Positions 12,439 through 23,438 are shown, numbered from the stretch's first letter. The stretch: DNA of 64,000 nucleotides from Fimicolochytrium jonesii (GCF_025526975.1 NW_026515693.1:186001-250000), one strand, 5' to 3'. The notes: generated from the sequence alone by a model not told the origin. A program made the numbers and translations.

Positions 12439-13416
12439 TCAAATAGCTGAAAGGCTTGCCTTCATCTTACGCCGTATCTGTTCCTTCCCGACGACAGGCT
12501 GTCCGTGACTAACTATCACCACGTCGACATTCTCGCCCACGACCACTTTTGCCATGAATTCATGCAACCACTTGCGGAAGCGGGCGAGGTGATCGATTAC
12601 CAAGAACCAGCTGATGCGGGTGAACTTTAGGTCCTCGTGGAACATGTCGTTGATGATCAACGCGTGACGGGAATCTGTCGTTGCGGGCTTCCGTTGGATG
12701 AGGTTCGTGGTTTCGGATACGGAGGCGGCTGTGGATGTGCGGGGGGGCAATGCGAGTAGCAATTCGCACTCGTCGAATTCCGCTGAACATCCCTTGCCGT
12801 AGATCAGTTGCACTGAACATTCCATCGTTCCGGCGCCTTGTGTGGTCGACGCAGCTTCAGGGTTTTCGTTCCAGAGAGGAAAGACATCCTCAGCTGCAAG
12901 GACCTCGACGTCCACCTTCTTGCTCAATTGGTGTAGCGCTGCGCGTGGGGCGATCAGCTTTGCATTCGGAAACTCGTTTCTGTACACGGCAGCGTCCAGC
13001 GTGTGCCAGGAGCACGGGATGACCATATGCGTCACAGTGCCCAGCTTCCTCACTTCAGCGAGTGTCTTTGCGTCCACGCACAGCATGGAGAATACGAGAA
13101 GCGACGTTGAGTTGGGTGGTCTGTAGATGGTCATGTAGCGCGGTATAGGGATATTCGGCAGGCTGCCCCTCACCACCCAAAGGCCATCGTCTAGTTGTTC
13201 GAGAGGGCCGTGCGGTTGAACGCGTTGTGCGAAGGGAAGGGATTTGGGGAAGGGTTCGGGCATAGAGTTGAGGAGTCGCATCAAGCACTCGCGGGTAAGT
13301 CTGCGACCGTGGCGGGTGTGCGTGAGGAGACCGTAGGCTGCTAGGCCGGCGAGTGCTGCGAGTCCGACCCCTGCGCCAACGCGGACGATGGTGGAGTTTT
13401 GAGTCAGTGTCGACAT
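12439..13416 (-). CDS. DUF4336-like / metallo-beta-lactamase-fold protein with N-terminal TM, intronless
   Basis: Single ORF with motifs LDDGLWVV, RYMTIYR, LGTVTHMVIPCSWHTLD and VIVSHG, typical of DUF4336-type proteins. Confidence 0.7.
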   Translation of the reverse strand: MSTLTQNSTIVRVGAGVGLAALAGLAAYGLLTHTRHGRRLTRECLMRLLNSMPEPFPKSLPFAQRVQPHGPLEQLDDGLWVVRGSLPNIPIPRYMTIYRPPNSTSLLVFSMLCVDAKTLAEVRKLGTVTHMVIPCSWHTLDAAVYRNEFPNAKLIAPRAALHQLSKKVDVEVLAAEDVFPLWNENPEAASTTQGAGTMECSVQLIYGKGCSAEFDECELLLALPPRTSTAASVSETTNLIQRKPATTDSRHALIINDMFHEDLKFTRISWFLVIDHLARFRKWLHEFMAKVVVGENVDVVIVSHGQPVVGKEQIRRKMKASLSAI

Positions 13417-13818
13417 GGCTGTGAGGGGAAGGCAAGGCAAGATGGGATTCGAGATGGGTTGGTGCTCAGTCGATCTCGGAAGTCCTGTCCTGAGTCCTGC
13501 CCGGAGTCCTGCGTCTGTCAGTGTCCACGCACAGTAAGTACTGTACTATCTGTCGCCTCTTGGCCAGTCGCGCGATCACGTGACCAAGCGCAAGCAAGAG
13601 GTTGTCGTAACGCTCCTCCAACCATACAGTATGTGTAGAAACGTGACGAAACTGCCCCGCAACAGGAGCATATCTTCGTAGTCGCCGCAACCGAACCTCC
13701 CAACGTCCTCGCCCCCAGTCACTTGAACTCTTCCTTGGACTCTGCGATACACTGTGCATATTCGTTCCTCACGCTCTGCATACGTGGTTTCCTTTGACGC
13801 TTATACTTGCGCCACATA

Positions 13819-14514
13819 ATGGACAACGGCATACCCTCCAACCTATCGGACCCGATGCAATTGCGTTTCCAATTATCCGATGACGAGGTACAGACTTATT
13901 GCAGCGGGGTCGCTCAACGGTTCAAGGCTCGTCGTACAACGGGGTTGGACGTTCCTGTTGCTGCCGTTCAGGTGCAAAGCGTCAACTTTAGCCCCCAAAG
14001 TTGGATGGCGCCGTTTTCGCACTGGGCTATTTTGGCTGACAGTTGGATTTACCATCTCTGCTTTCGGGTCGATCGCGTTACCAGGCGGCCGATCGGCCTG
14101 TATTTTCGTGCGGAGACGGCTGAGGGCGTGGAGTATATGGTGTCGGACTCGGTCGGCAAAACACAGTACAATGTCCAGGATCTTAAAGATATAGGCCAAT
14201 TGCTCATTAGCTATTTCGGATCCTACCATTTGGTCTTTTGGAATTGTCAGCATTTCGCCAATGCGTACTTGTCCATCATTTGTGACGGCCAGTACCGTCC
14301 TGTCCTGACGACGTCCGACGTCCTGAGAGGCACTATGTTCTGCACGATGGTTGGGGCTCCCTTAGCGACGACGCATAAGCTCGCAGAGGATACGCGACGC
14401 ACGAAGTTGGTTGGCTACGTTGAGGATGACCTCCGGCAAAGTGACGATTTGATAAGTGAACTATTGCCGTCAGGCCCGGTATATAGGAGCCCGGCGAACT
14501 GTATTGTACTCTGA
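13819..14514 (+). CDS. Permuted papain-fold (PPPDE/LRAT-like) cysteine hydrolase, intronless
   Basis: His motif FSHWAIL...IYHL lies before the Cys motif YHLVFWNCQHFA, the circularly permuted NlpC/P60 order. Confidence 0.8.
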   Translation: MDNGIPSNLSDPMQLRFQLSDDEVQTYCSGVAQRFKARRTTGLDVPVAAVQVQSVNFSPQSWMAPFSHWAILADSWIYHLCFRVDRVTRRPIGLYFRAETAEGVEYMVSDSVGKTQYNVQDLKDIGQLLISYFGSYHLVFWNCQHFANAYLSIICDGQYRPVLTTSDVLRGTMFCTMVGAPLATTHKLAEDTRRTKLVGYVEDDLRQSDDLISELLPSGPVYRSPANCIVL

Positions 14515-16035
14515 GGTAATTTCTCAGAATCCAGCTGGTTCGTTCCGAACCGGTATCTCGATGTTGTCGCCATGTCCTCATACCCTCTTGCATTCCCAAC
14601 ATTGCAGCCTCCGACGACTACACATGTTTTACGGATGACAAAGCGTTCTTTCGTAGCGTTCATCCTTCTCGTCATCTCCTTCATTTCGCACATCCCAATC
14701 CCGCTGGCGACTTTCCTACGTATCACTTGTTCGAAGTTCAGGCCGATTTTCGTCCGGACATGGTCGATGAAATGTACTACCATATATGTTGATCCTATTC
14801 TATCACATAGTGTTTCTTTTTCCCGATGAATACAAAGACTCGAGCCGTGTCGTGTCTCCCCGTTTCTCCTCATCTCCGTTGAGCAACGGTATCTCTGATT
14901 GTGGGAATGCCGAGTTCACCTTCCCTGGGGAAGTGGCCTGCAAAAGCGAGGTGGCGATGCTGTTCAGTCCACCCGCACTCTCCTTCAATAGCGAGTCCAA
15001 AGGCGTTTACGATGGTTGAACGGTTGGATCTAGGTGTTCTTCATCGTTTCCAAAGGTGGAGCCGCTCACGCTTCCCCACGACCTGGCGAAAAAGTCTGGG
15101 GCATTGACGCTCACGACGCTCACGACGACAGAACGGAAGACACCCGTGGAAGACACTACGTAGAAGTATGTTTGGGTTTGGAGCTCTCAGTAGGGGAAAG
15201 CTTGGTGAGATGAGTTTTCTGCTATCCTGACGTAACGGAGCGATTGAATTACACCCCAAGGTGTCCATACCACCGCCTCCCCATCGTCAAGATAGCAGCA
15301 GGCGCTTAGCGTACTGTACGGCTGGTACCTTGCAGCGGTAGGGGCCGTCGGGGGTCGTCATGCCAACGATGTTGCGGGATAAACTTTGGCACCTCTTCTC
15401 TCGCGGGGTTGGAACGGCATCATGGCTTGTTCCGCTCACGAGTGAAGCGGGAGGTGGTGCGAAAACCCGGGGTGATGCTGATGACGCATTGCTAGCTGGA
15501 TGGCGTGCACCGGGTGGCCGGAATGGAAGAATGGTTAATGCGGTTCTCTTTCATCAGCATGCTCTTGCACCGCGATTAGAGATGTGGAAAGCGGATGAAT
15601 GAACGTCGCCACCCGCATCTCTGTCGACTCCTGGAACACCAGGGCAGGTCACGCAACGGATGGTGCTCGTTCCCATGAAAGCTTGAGAGCCAGTGGAGGA
15701 TGTGCAGCGGGATTCTTGATGCGAATACCGAATGGGGATTCAGTGCTCTGACGGCTGCATAATTGGAATGACGGCGTGCGTGAGGACCTCGAAAAAGGTG
15801 CTTCTACGATGTATTGCATTCGGTATTTACTGTAGCACTTGGAGCCCCCATCCCTCCGAGTCAGTACACAACAAGCTCATCTGAGATAATATACCATGTG
15901 GCGGTCGGCTCCAGAGTGTATGTACAGAAGTAGCATTTTCCAACCTACCCACCGCCCGTGAGTTTACGGATCGAAAAGTGAATTCTCACTGTGCGGGGGC
16001 TTTCCGCAATGATGCAAACTTCCAAACCCCCCGCC

Positions 16036-17365
16036 TCACTGCCCCTTGACTTTTTCGCTGATACCATTAACAACACCCGCCGGGGCCCTAGCGCCAAACC
16101 CAACACACGCCGCCATGACCACATCCGCAACCCACCCGGGAATCAGCTTGCTCCACATGTACACCGCCGCACTATCCAAGCCCGTCCTATATCTCCTCGC
16201 GGGGAACCTGCTCGTCAACGCATGCCGGACGTCGCGCGCTACGTGGGACGGCGGGATGCCTAGATGGTAGAAACCGGTGGCGATGTTTTTCGCGAGGAGT
16301 TGGGTGCGGGAGTGGAGGGTGGCGGAGCATGGGGAGTCGGGATCGGTGGTCAACGGCGACGCCTGAAGAGACGACGCTACGGATGGGTTGGTGGGCGAGT
16401 TTTGGGAGAGGGACTCGAGGGCTTTGATGTAGGCCGGTGTGCGGATGGCGCCTATAGGGCGGGGGATGGGGCAACCCAATCAGCTTCGTCCAACTAGCAA
16501 AGCTGAGGGGCATCTCATCGCTAACCTGGTTCCACCGCCGAAACCGCAACTCCATCCACAACGCCTTTGGCCCTCCAGACCAACGTCATCGCCGTCAGGG
16601 CCGCCTTGGCCGCGTGATAGCTCCCAAACCCGGGGCCCAAAGCATCCGACCCAGCGCTGCTGACATTCAGCACCCTTCCGTGTCCCTTCCGCAACAGAGG
16701 CCAGAGCGCACGCGTGAGGGCAAAAGCGCCGTTGACCTCCGAGTCCAATGCATGCTGGAAGATCGCCAGGGGGAGAGAAGCGAGCGGGCCGCAGATAACC
16801 CCTCCGGCAACGTTGACAAGGGCCGCGAGACCGTGGTCGCCGGAGTGCGATTCGAGCGTTCGGACCGCGTTGGCGATGGCGGTGGGGTCGATCACGTCCA
16901 GGAGAATGGGTTCGAGTCTACCAACAAGTGAGGAGCGGTGAGAGGAATGGAATGCAGTGAGCACCTCATTATCTCGCACATCCAACCTCCCCAAGTCCAG
17001 GTGGGTGTCACACCCACCTAACGCTCACACCTCGAAATCGAGCTTCAGCCTTCACTTCCTGCGCGTTCTTCTCCCTCCGGACGCCCGCAAGAACGGTGTA
17101 CCACGTTCTCAGCGAGGTTGAGCGCAATCTCCTTTCCGATGCCAGAGCTGGCGCCGGTTACCAAGACCACGGGATGGAATGTTCCTGAAGGCTTCTGAAT
17201 GGGAAACGCGCGAGCCAGCCCAACGAGGTGTAAAACGAAATACAGGACGTCGTGGATGGCGTAGTACACGGGAGCGAGGACGATGAGGAGCGCGGAGTGG
17301 ACAGCGGACATGCCATGCAGGACGGTGCCGAGTGCGGCGGAAATGGGGGGAGGGTCCATGGACAT
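16036..17365 (-). CDS. Short-chain dehydrogenase/reductase (RDH/17beta-HSD-like), spliced
   Basis: VLVTGASSGIG, LVNVAG, GRVLNVSS, catalytic YHAAK and VEPG; N-terminal hydrophobic segment. Confidence 0.9.
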
Positions 17366-17779
17366 TGTGATGTGCTGTTATGACGAAGTGTAGTTTGTTG
17401 CGAAGGTCTTCCAGCTCAGAATACGTAAAGGCAAGGCGTTCGGGAAAGCGGATGCCTTGGCTTTTATATCCAATCTCCATCTAACGTCACCTCACCGGTG
17501 GGCCGTAGTAACGTTTCTTCCGAATCCCTGTTTTCATCGTGCCGTCACAGTCTCAGAGGGCAACTTGAATTTGGATGGGGGAGTATGACGGGAATATGAC
17601 GAACGAGCTGGGACGCGCTGTTGTAATCCTGTCGAAATGGCTTAAACAGCTCGCGGAAGCTCAACTCGAAGAATCCGAATCCGTAACCCCATAACTCCTC
17701 CAAAATTTAAGGAACGAGGAGTGGCACTTTTCTCCAATGCTTCATCCATAAACTTTTCCCGCCAACAAGCCACATCGCA

Positions 17780-18520
17780 ATGGTCAGAAGTCGAGCAAAA
17801 AGCCCGACAGCACCCAAAAAGACGGCGGCCGCTTCACCACTCGGCACTGGATCTATTTCATCGTCCTGCAGCTGATCGGGCCTGCTATAACTATAACGGT
17901 GTCATCGCGTGAGGCGCGCTGATTAAGGAGCGATATGTGGGGGAGGGTGGATTTATTTGTGGAGGAACAGTCTTGCGGGTTAATGGTTGGTTTCAGGGAT
18001 CGAGGGTGAACTTCCCGCGGGACATGGCTGATGTGCGGCATCAGTGGCATGTCCAGCACTCATGACGGTCGTAGCCATCAGCGGCGCGAGCTGGCTGATC
18101 GTCAGCACCTCCACCCTCGACATGCGGCAGCGGCGGATCAACCCCGTTCTCAGGCAATTCACGCCGTCGTTGCGATTCCGACCTTTGCGCCTTGCGTCGG
18201 GGTTCTTCACAGGCGACGCCCAGAATCTGCTCGCGCGGATTGAGTTTACCCGCGCGCATGGGTCGATGGGCGCCCGCGACGCTGTTTGCGATATTGATTG
18301 TGGTTGTGCTGTGGCTGCTCGCGACGGTGGTGGCGTTTCTTATATGGGGCAGTGAGGATGTGGTGCCCGGCCGTAGCTGGGATGTGGTTTCAGATTGGGG
18401 TTGGCGCGGTGACGGGAGGTTTGGTTAGCCCGCTGATTTCGTGGGGCAAGTATGATCCCTTTACTGCACCGGCTCAGGTGGAGGAGATTAGGATTGGCTG
18501 TGTCGTTCACCGAAAGATGT
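17780..18520 (+). pseudogene. Degenerate fungal multi-pass membrane protein gene
   Basis: Hydrophobic peptides (WIYFIVLQLIGPAI; LMTVVAISGASWLIV; LFAILIVVVLWLLA; FQIGVGAVTGGLVSPLI) lie in different frames with stops between them. Confidence 0.4.
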
Positions 18521-18599
18521 GAGGGGAGTGCATGACCCAGACGATCTCACGGTTGCATGATTTCATCTTGTTGCGTATCACTTTCGAAAATTCACATCC

Positions 18600-19500
18600 A
18601 CAATCACTTGTCCAACGCTCCATGTGGGCCTCTCCGGCCATACAGAAAGCCAAGACCATTAGTAGAGTACTTTGGCGATGCGTACCTCCCAGCCGGGGTG
18701 CAGGGCATCTACCAGCATGACCCCTGCAAGGACCCACCCGCAATGCCAGTGTTTCCATCCAAGTGCGCTCGCCGCATTTGCGGCCAAGTTGGAGAACGCC
18801 GAGAAGGACTCGCATCCTGACACCGATCATCAAGTGCTGGATCTCGTACATCCCTCCGTGTACTGTTTGGAAGGTGGAAAGACCAAGATTTTGCCTGCAG
18901 CAGGGCAACGAGATCCGCACACCTGCCGACCGCCCTTCGCCTTATCCATTCCCGGAAGACCTCTACCCGTTTTCTCGCGTACAGCGGGCGAAAATGTGGT
19001 TCAGTGGCTGCCAACCGACGATTACCTGCGAACGACCGTCTGGCCTGTGAGATCCAGTCCTACATCAACAACATCCATCCCGTCCCGCAGCGAGCTGGTT
19101 ACGACGGATATACTTGCCAATATCTTTTCCAGCGTTATTCCGCTAACCAACCGCGTTCTACCGGACCTCGTTTCTAGCACGGACTTCAAAGTGCGGCATG
19201 ATCCTCTTGACCCGCCGTTCTATGTATTCGACGAAGGAGAGAAGCCCAAACTCGGCGATGATACCCACAACGGGCAAAAACAAGGACGAGGACGAGGACG
19301 GGGATGGGACGGTTGTGCAAAAAGACGGGGTTGCGGCGTATCCTGCCGTTTCCGCCTTACGTGGGCGCCCCACACTGCTACGATGTCTTTGTGGATTACG
19401 AGGCGAAGGAGGGGGTTGTTGATGTGGATTTTTGTGAGAGTGTGCCGTTGTGTTGAGTCGTCTCCGGAGTGGTGGGCCAGACCGCCAAAGTTCGACGAGT
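18600..19500 (+). pseudogene. DUF4246-family pseudogene
   Basis: Family motifs VLDLVHPSVY and QWLPTD in one frame; IQSYINNIHP (about 19052-19081) in another frame; truncated. Confidence 0.7.
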
Positions 19501-19654
19501 TCGCACTTGCAAAGGCATTCTCCACACCCACAATCAGACAATCCCTCAGTGGCACACACCTCGTCGTCCGTCCGTCCGCCCGTGCGTTCCGTCTGCCTTA
19601 GCCATCCCCCTGTGGGCCACATTCCACTTCCCCGTTCGCCCAATTCGACCCACC

Positions 19655-20806
19655 ATGCACCAACCCCCCTCCGAAACCGAAACATCCCCCCTCCTCCGCA
19701 CCCCCTCCCACACTCCTCACCATCGCCACCCCCCCACCCCCCTCCGCACCACCAAACGCCTCACCCGCATCCACCCCCGCTCCAGCAGCCCCCGCACACT
19801 CGCCCTCATCGCATTGACCGTCTCGGCATGGGTCCTCGCCGCACGGATGGTGGTTGTTGTGCGTGACTTGTACGCGGTGTGGGCGCCGACGGGGGGTGAA
19901 CCGACGACGGAGGTGGGAGAGGGGTATCGGTATTATTGTAATCTATCGGAGTACCCTGTGCTCCCCTCACCAGCATTACCATCCAACAAGTCGACATCAC
20001 CCTCACACCGCCTCACAACCGCCGGGCTGACTCTCCTCTCCATGCTGCGTACAACGACCTACACGCACACGTCGCGCATCAACCCGCACCTCGGCGCATT
20101 CCACACCGACTGCTCCTGTCTGCTCTCGTACCTCCTGCACAGCGGCGGTCTCGACTCGCAGTTCGAGGATATACCCAAGGAACGGGGGGATGCGAGGGTG
20201 CGGCCGGTGATGCCGCGGGCGAGGGAGTTTGCGGGGTTTCTGAGGGGGTTGCTGGCGGACTCTGGGGGGGAGGGAAAGGGAGGGAGGTGGAGGGCGGTGG
20301 AGGATATGTGGGATGTGCGGGCGGGGGATTTGGTGGCGTGGGAGATTCCGGATTGGCAGGGGATGAATAAATCGACGGGGCATGTTGTTGTTGTTGTTCC
20401 TGCTGAGAGTGCTTTGGATGCGACGAGGGAGGACGGGCGGCTGGGGATGCAGGATAGGGAGTATGATGATAGGGTGATTCGACCCGTCTCGGCCACGTCG
20501 ATGTGGGTGTCGGTGATGGACGCCTCGGGGGTCGCGCATGAGGGGGATTCGAGGTGTGCTTCCCCTTCGCATATTCTCACTCGGGAGACGCAGGAGGAGA
20601 TGGAGATGGTTACCGTCCTGGGCGATACATCCCTGCCACCACCAAGTACATCCACGACATGCATCAAAGGCGTTGGGAGGGGGTTCATACGGTTATACGG
20701 GGAAGTCGTGTCAGATTCGGAAGGCAAGCAGCGACCGGTAGCGTTTCAGTTCCGGGAGGGTGCTACCGTGCGGTATTATCCCATCTTTATTGGGCGGGTT
20801 GTTTAG
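19655..20806 (+). CDS. Membrane-anchored NlpC/P60-like (papain-fold) protein of bacterial type, intronless
   Basis: TM LALIALTVSAWVLAA, then TDCSCLLSYLL, PRAREF, DVRAGDLVAW, TGHVVVV, VMDAS...H..DSR and GVGRGFIRL. Confidence 0.72.
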   Translation: MHQPPSETETSPLLRTPSHTPHHRHPPTPLRTTKRLTRIHPRSSSPRTLALIALTVSAWVLAARMVVVVRDLYAVWAPTGGEPTTEVGEGYRYYCNLSEYPVLPSPALPSNKSTSPSHRLTTAGLTLLSMLRTTTYTHTSRINPHLGAFHTDCSCLLSYLLHSGGLDSQFEDIPKERGDARVRPVMPRAREFAGFLRGLLADSGGEGKGGRWRAVEDMWDVRAGDLVAWEIPDWQGMNKSTGHVVVVVPAESALDATREDGRLGMQDREYDDRVIRPVSATSMWVSVMDASGVAHEGDSRCASPSHILTRETQEEMEMVTVLGDTSLPPPSTSTTCIKGVGRGFIRLYGEVVSDSEGKQRPVAFQFREGATVRYYPIFIGRVV

Positions 20807-20948
20807 AGATTCATTAGGAAGGAGAGATGGTGTTGGCTTTCATTTCTGTTGGGTGAGCTTTCTTCTCTTCGAATTCTTTTTTTGGTATACCCAGGTGTAA
20901 TACAGCGCTCACGTCACAGAACCTATACACTGGCCATCCTCTCGATTT

Positions 20949-21715
20949 CTAGTCACTGTCCGAACTACTCGACGAACTATCACTCCCACTCCCCTTCTTC
21001 TCCTTCTTATGTTTCTTCTCGCCATCCTTATGTTTCTTCTCCTTCCCATCTTTATCCTTCTTGTCCTTCTTCTCGTTCTTCTCGTTCTTCTCGTTCTTCT
21101 CGCCCTTCTCCTTATGCTTATCACCCGAGGAACCCGAGGTGGAAGCGAGTTTCTGGAATTCGGAAACGGTGCTTTCGTTGTGAGACTTTTTCTGGTGCGC
21201 GAGCCATTGTTCGTAGGCTAGGTAGCCGACGCCTGAGGGGAGTGAGAGGGGAAGTGGAGAGTGGGAGTGTGAGAATGAGGGTTCACGATGACTGTTCCTG
21301 GCGCGGATGCATTGGGATGGAGCGGATGGTGGAACGATACCCTGCTCGCTCCGCTTGCGACGAGGACATTCCGCTTGCGACGAGGACATTGGGATGGTGT
21401 GTGATCCGCAATTCTCCTCGCTATCGCCGGAACCCTCAAGCATTCCCACGCTCCGCTCCGGCGCGATCGTTGGCACAGTCCCCAAGCATTCCTCCGCCCC
21501 AGTCCCCCACCTCACTCGCTCCCGCTCGAAATATTTCACTCACCAGCAACGGCAACAGCACCCAACACCCCACCGATCCCAATCTTCAAACCCTTATTAT
21601 CGTCGTGCTTCTCGCCGGTGGTGTTGTTGTTGTTGTTGTTGCCTGGGACGGGAGGTTGACCGGTGAATTTCCCCGCGAGGTCTGAGATGATTCCGCGGTC
21701 TGTTTGGTCTGTCAT
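20949..21715 (-). CDS. Small protein with a Gly-rich hydrophobic segment and Lys/Ser-rich tail; 2 exons
   Basis: Exon 1 MTDQTDRG...GIGGVLGAVAVAG; intron 21543-21233 (GTGAGT...CAG); exon 2 GVGYLAYEQW...KKHKKEKKGSGSDSSSSSSDSD*. Confidence 0.75.
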
Positions 21716-21798
21716 CTTGAGTGGAGTAGGGTAGATGGAGCGAGGAGGGAGTGAGTAGGTGGGTGGGTGCGTGAATGACTGGGTGTTGGGGGGGTTCC

Positions 21799-21806
21799 TT
21801 TTTATA
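21799..21806 (-). promoter_or_regulatory. TATA box upstream of the 21715 gene
   Basis: TATAAAAA on the minus strand about 85 bp upstream of the ATG. Confidence 0.5.
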
Positions 21807-21926
21807 GGGGAAGTTGCGGCGGGTTGAGAGTTCGTTAGGGGGTTGGTTGCCTTGGCGTTGCAAGCACACGACGCACAGGACGCACACACAAGCGGAAGAG
21901 GAGTCATCGCGCCCTCCCTTCAGAAC

Positions 21927-21962
21927 TCACGTAAGCCCTTCACGTAAGCCCTTCACGTAAGC
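21927..21962. repeat. 13-bp tandem repeat (TCACGTAAGCCCT) x~2.8
   Basis: Read directly from the sequence; each unit has an ACGT core. Confidence 0.85.
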
Positions 21963-22380
21963 ACGCTCAGAAAGGGGTTAGCACGCGTACGTGGCGCGTT
22001 CAGGTCAACCCTGCTAGACTGTATTACGGACTTCATCATATGTACGTACGGACAGCACACAAACGACAAAGCGTCTCAGTCCATACACCATTACAACATC
22101 CACACTCTCGTAGCAAGTCCCACCCCACCGCAAAAGTCACCAACCCGCCAAATCTAATCCAACCACTCCGCTAAACCAGTCCCACTTGTTGGCCTGGTAA
22201 TTCCCTTGCCTCTTCTTCGCTCAAGGAGCTTACAAGACTATTGTAACGTCTCCCCACCCCTCCAACCCAGATGCCTCTTCTCGTCAAGCTGACAAAAGAG
22301 GAGGATCAGCGTACGAAGCGGGGCGCTCCGCTCGCTTGCTCGTCATTCTCTGCCTTTTCCAACGTTCCGTCGGAGCAAAC

Positions 22381-22550
22381 TCGAGCAATACCAAAGTCAT
22401 ACGAGCAGGATTTGCTTCGTCTCAGGGTGAATCATGATATTCTGGGCCTTGATGTCGTGGTGGATTATCGGTGGGACCCTGGCGTGGAGGACATACAGCG
22501 CTTGGGACCACTCCAACATCCACAGCAACGCGGATTCGAATGGGCGTAGG
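22381..22550 (-). pseudogene. Protein kinase (TKL-like) fragment, subdomains VIa-VII, frameshifted
   Basis: Minus-strand translation reads RIRVAVDV, frameshift, ALYVLHARVPPIIHHDIKAQNIMIH, frameshift, YDFGIAR. Confidence 0.8.
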
Positions 22551-22732
22551 TGCCTCTGTTCTGTCAACTGACATGTCCTCTAACCCAAATTGACTTTGCG
22601 GCTCTAGCGGTGCGCTGTCCTTTCGTGTTTATTCTTGCCCCAGCATTTGCCTCCAGTAGTTTTGCTAGGGCCCCCGGGGGGCCCCTCATTGTCGGATGTG
22701 ACAGACTTGGGCATCTTGCTGCGGCTGATTCA

Positions 22733-22859
22733 TTTGCGAGCCGCCACTTCGCAGAAAGACTGGAGCCATAATGAAGAGCCTCCCTGACGGCTACGCGTTT
22801 CCTGCCTGTCTGCTTCTCTGCCTTTGCGAGCCGCCACTTCGCAGGAAGACTGGAGCCAT
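22733..22859. repeat. 37-bp direct repeat pair, 90-bp period
   Basis: TTTGCGAGCCGCCACTTCGCAG(A/G)AAGACTGGAGCCAT at 22733-22769 and 22823-22859, one mismatch. Confidence 0.9.
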
Positions 22860-23005
22860 CCGGCCCTTCCCGTGTCTTTGAACTTGGAGGCGAGGGACAA
22901 GTGGGTCAGCAAGGCGGATGGCGTCCGGCTCCCCCTGCAGCCTGACGGACGACAACTGCCACTTGGCAACCATCTGTTGCAGCTGGCATAGAGCGCTTCC
23001 TCTCT

Positions 23006-23391
23006 TGCGCGGCTTGCCTCGTTTTCTGCGCCGAGTACCTTGTTTCCTGCGCGGGGTGCCTCCTTTTCTGCGCGGGGTGCCTCCTTTTCTGCGCGGGGTG
23101 CCTCGTTTTCTGCGCCGAGTGACTTGTTTCCTGCGCGGGGTGCCTCCTTTCCTGCGCGGGGTGCCTCGTTTTCTGCGCGGGGTGCCTCGTTTTCTGCGCC
23201 GAGTGACTTGTTTCCTGCGCGGGGTGCCTCCTTTTCTGCGCGGGGTGCCTCGTTTTCTGCGCCGAGTGCCTTGTTTCCTGCGCGGGGTGCCTCCTTTTCT
23301 GCGCGGGGTGCCTCGTTTTCTGCGCCGAGTGCCTTGTTTCCTGCACGGGGTGCCTCCTTTTCTGCGCGGCTTGCCTCGTTTTCTGCGCCGA
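23006..23391 (-). repeat. 21-bp minisatellite (~18 units) with 63/84-bp higher-order structure
   Basis: Units such as TGCGCGGGGTGCCTCCTTTTC. One minus frame reads heptads LGAENEA/PRAEKEA/PRAGNKA. Confidence 0.95.
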
Positions 23392-23438
23392 GTGAGTCCC
23401 GAAAGAAGGCGGGGATCTTCTCGCGGGTTTGAAAGGCG

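Noticed and set aside
14520..15800. Possible minus-strand gene between the papain-fold gene and the SDR
   Set aside because: Only short fragmented ORFs with no recognisable motif; may be a decayed gene but cannot be supported.
21062..21105. TTCTCGTTC tandem repeat
   Set aside because: Coding low-complexity sequence (EKN repeats) within the small minus-strand gene.
22271..22549. 92-aa plus-strand ORF
   Set aside because: Antisense shadow of the kinase fragment.
22733..23391. CRISPR-like array (37-bp repeat pair and 21-bp array)
   Set aside because: Only two 37-bp copies; the 21-bp units have no unique spacers; no cas genes; eukaryotic context.
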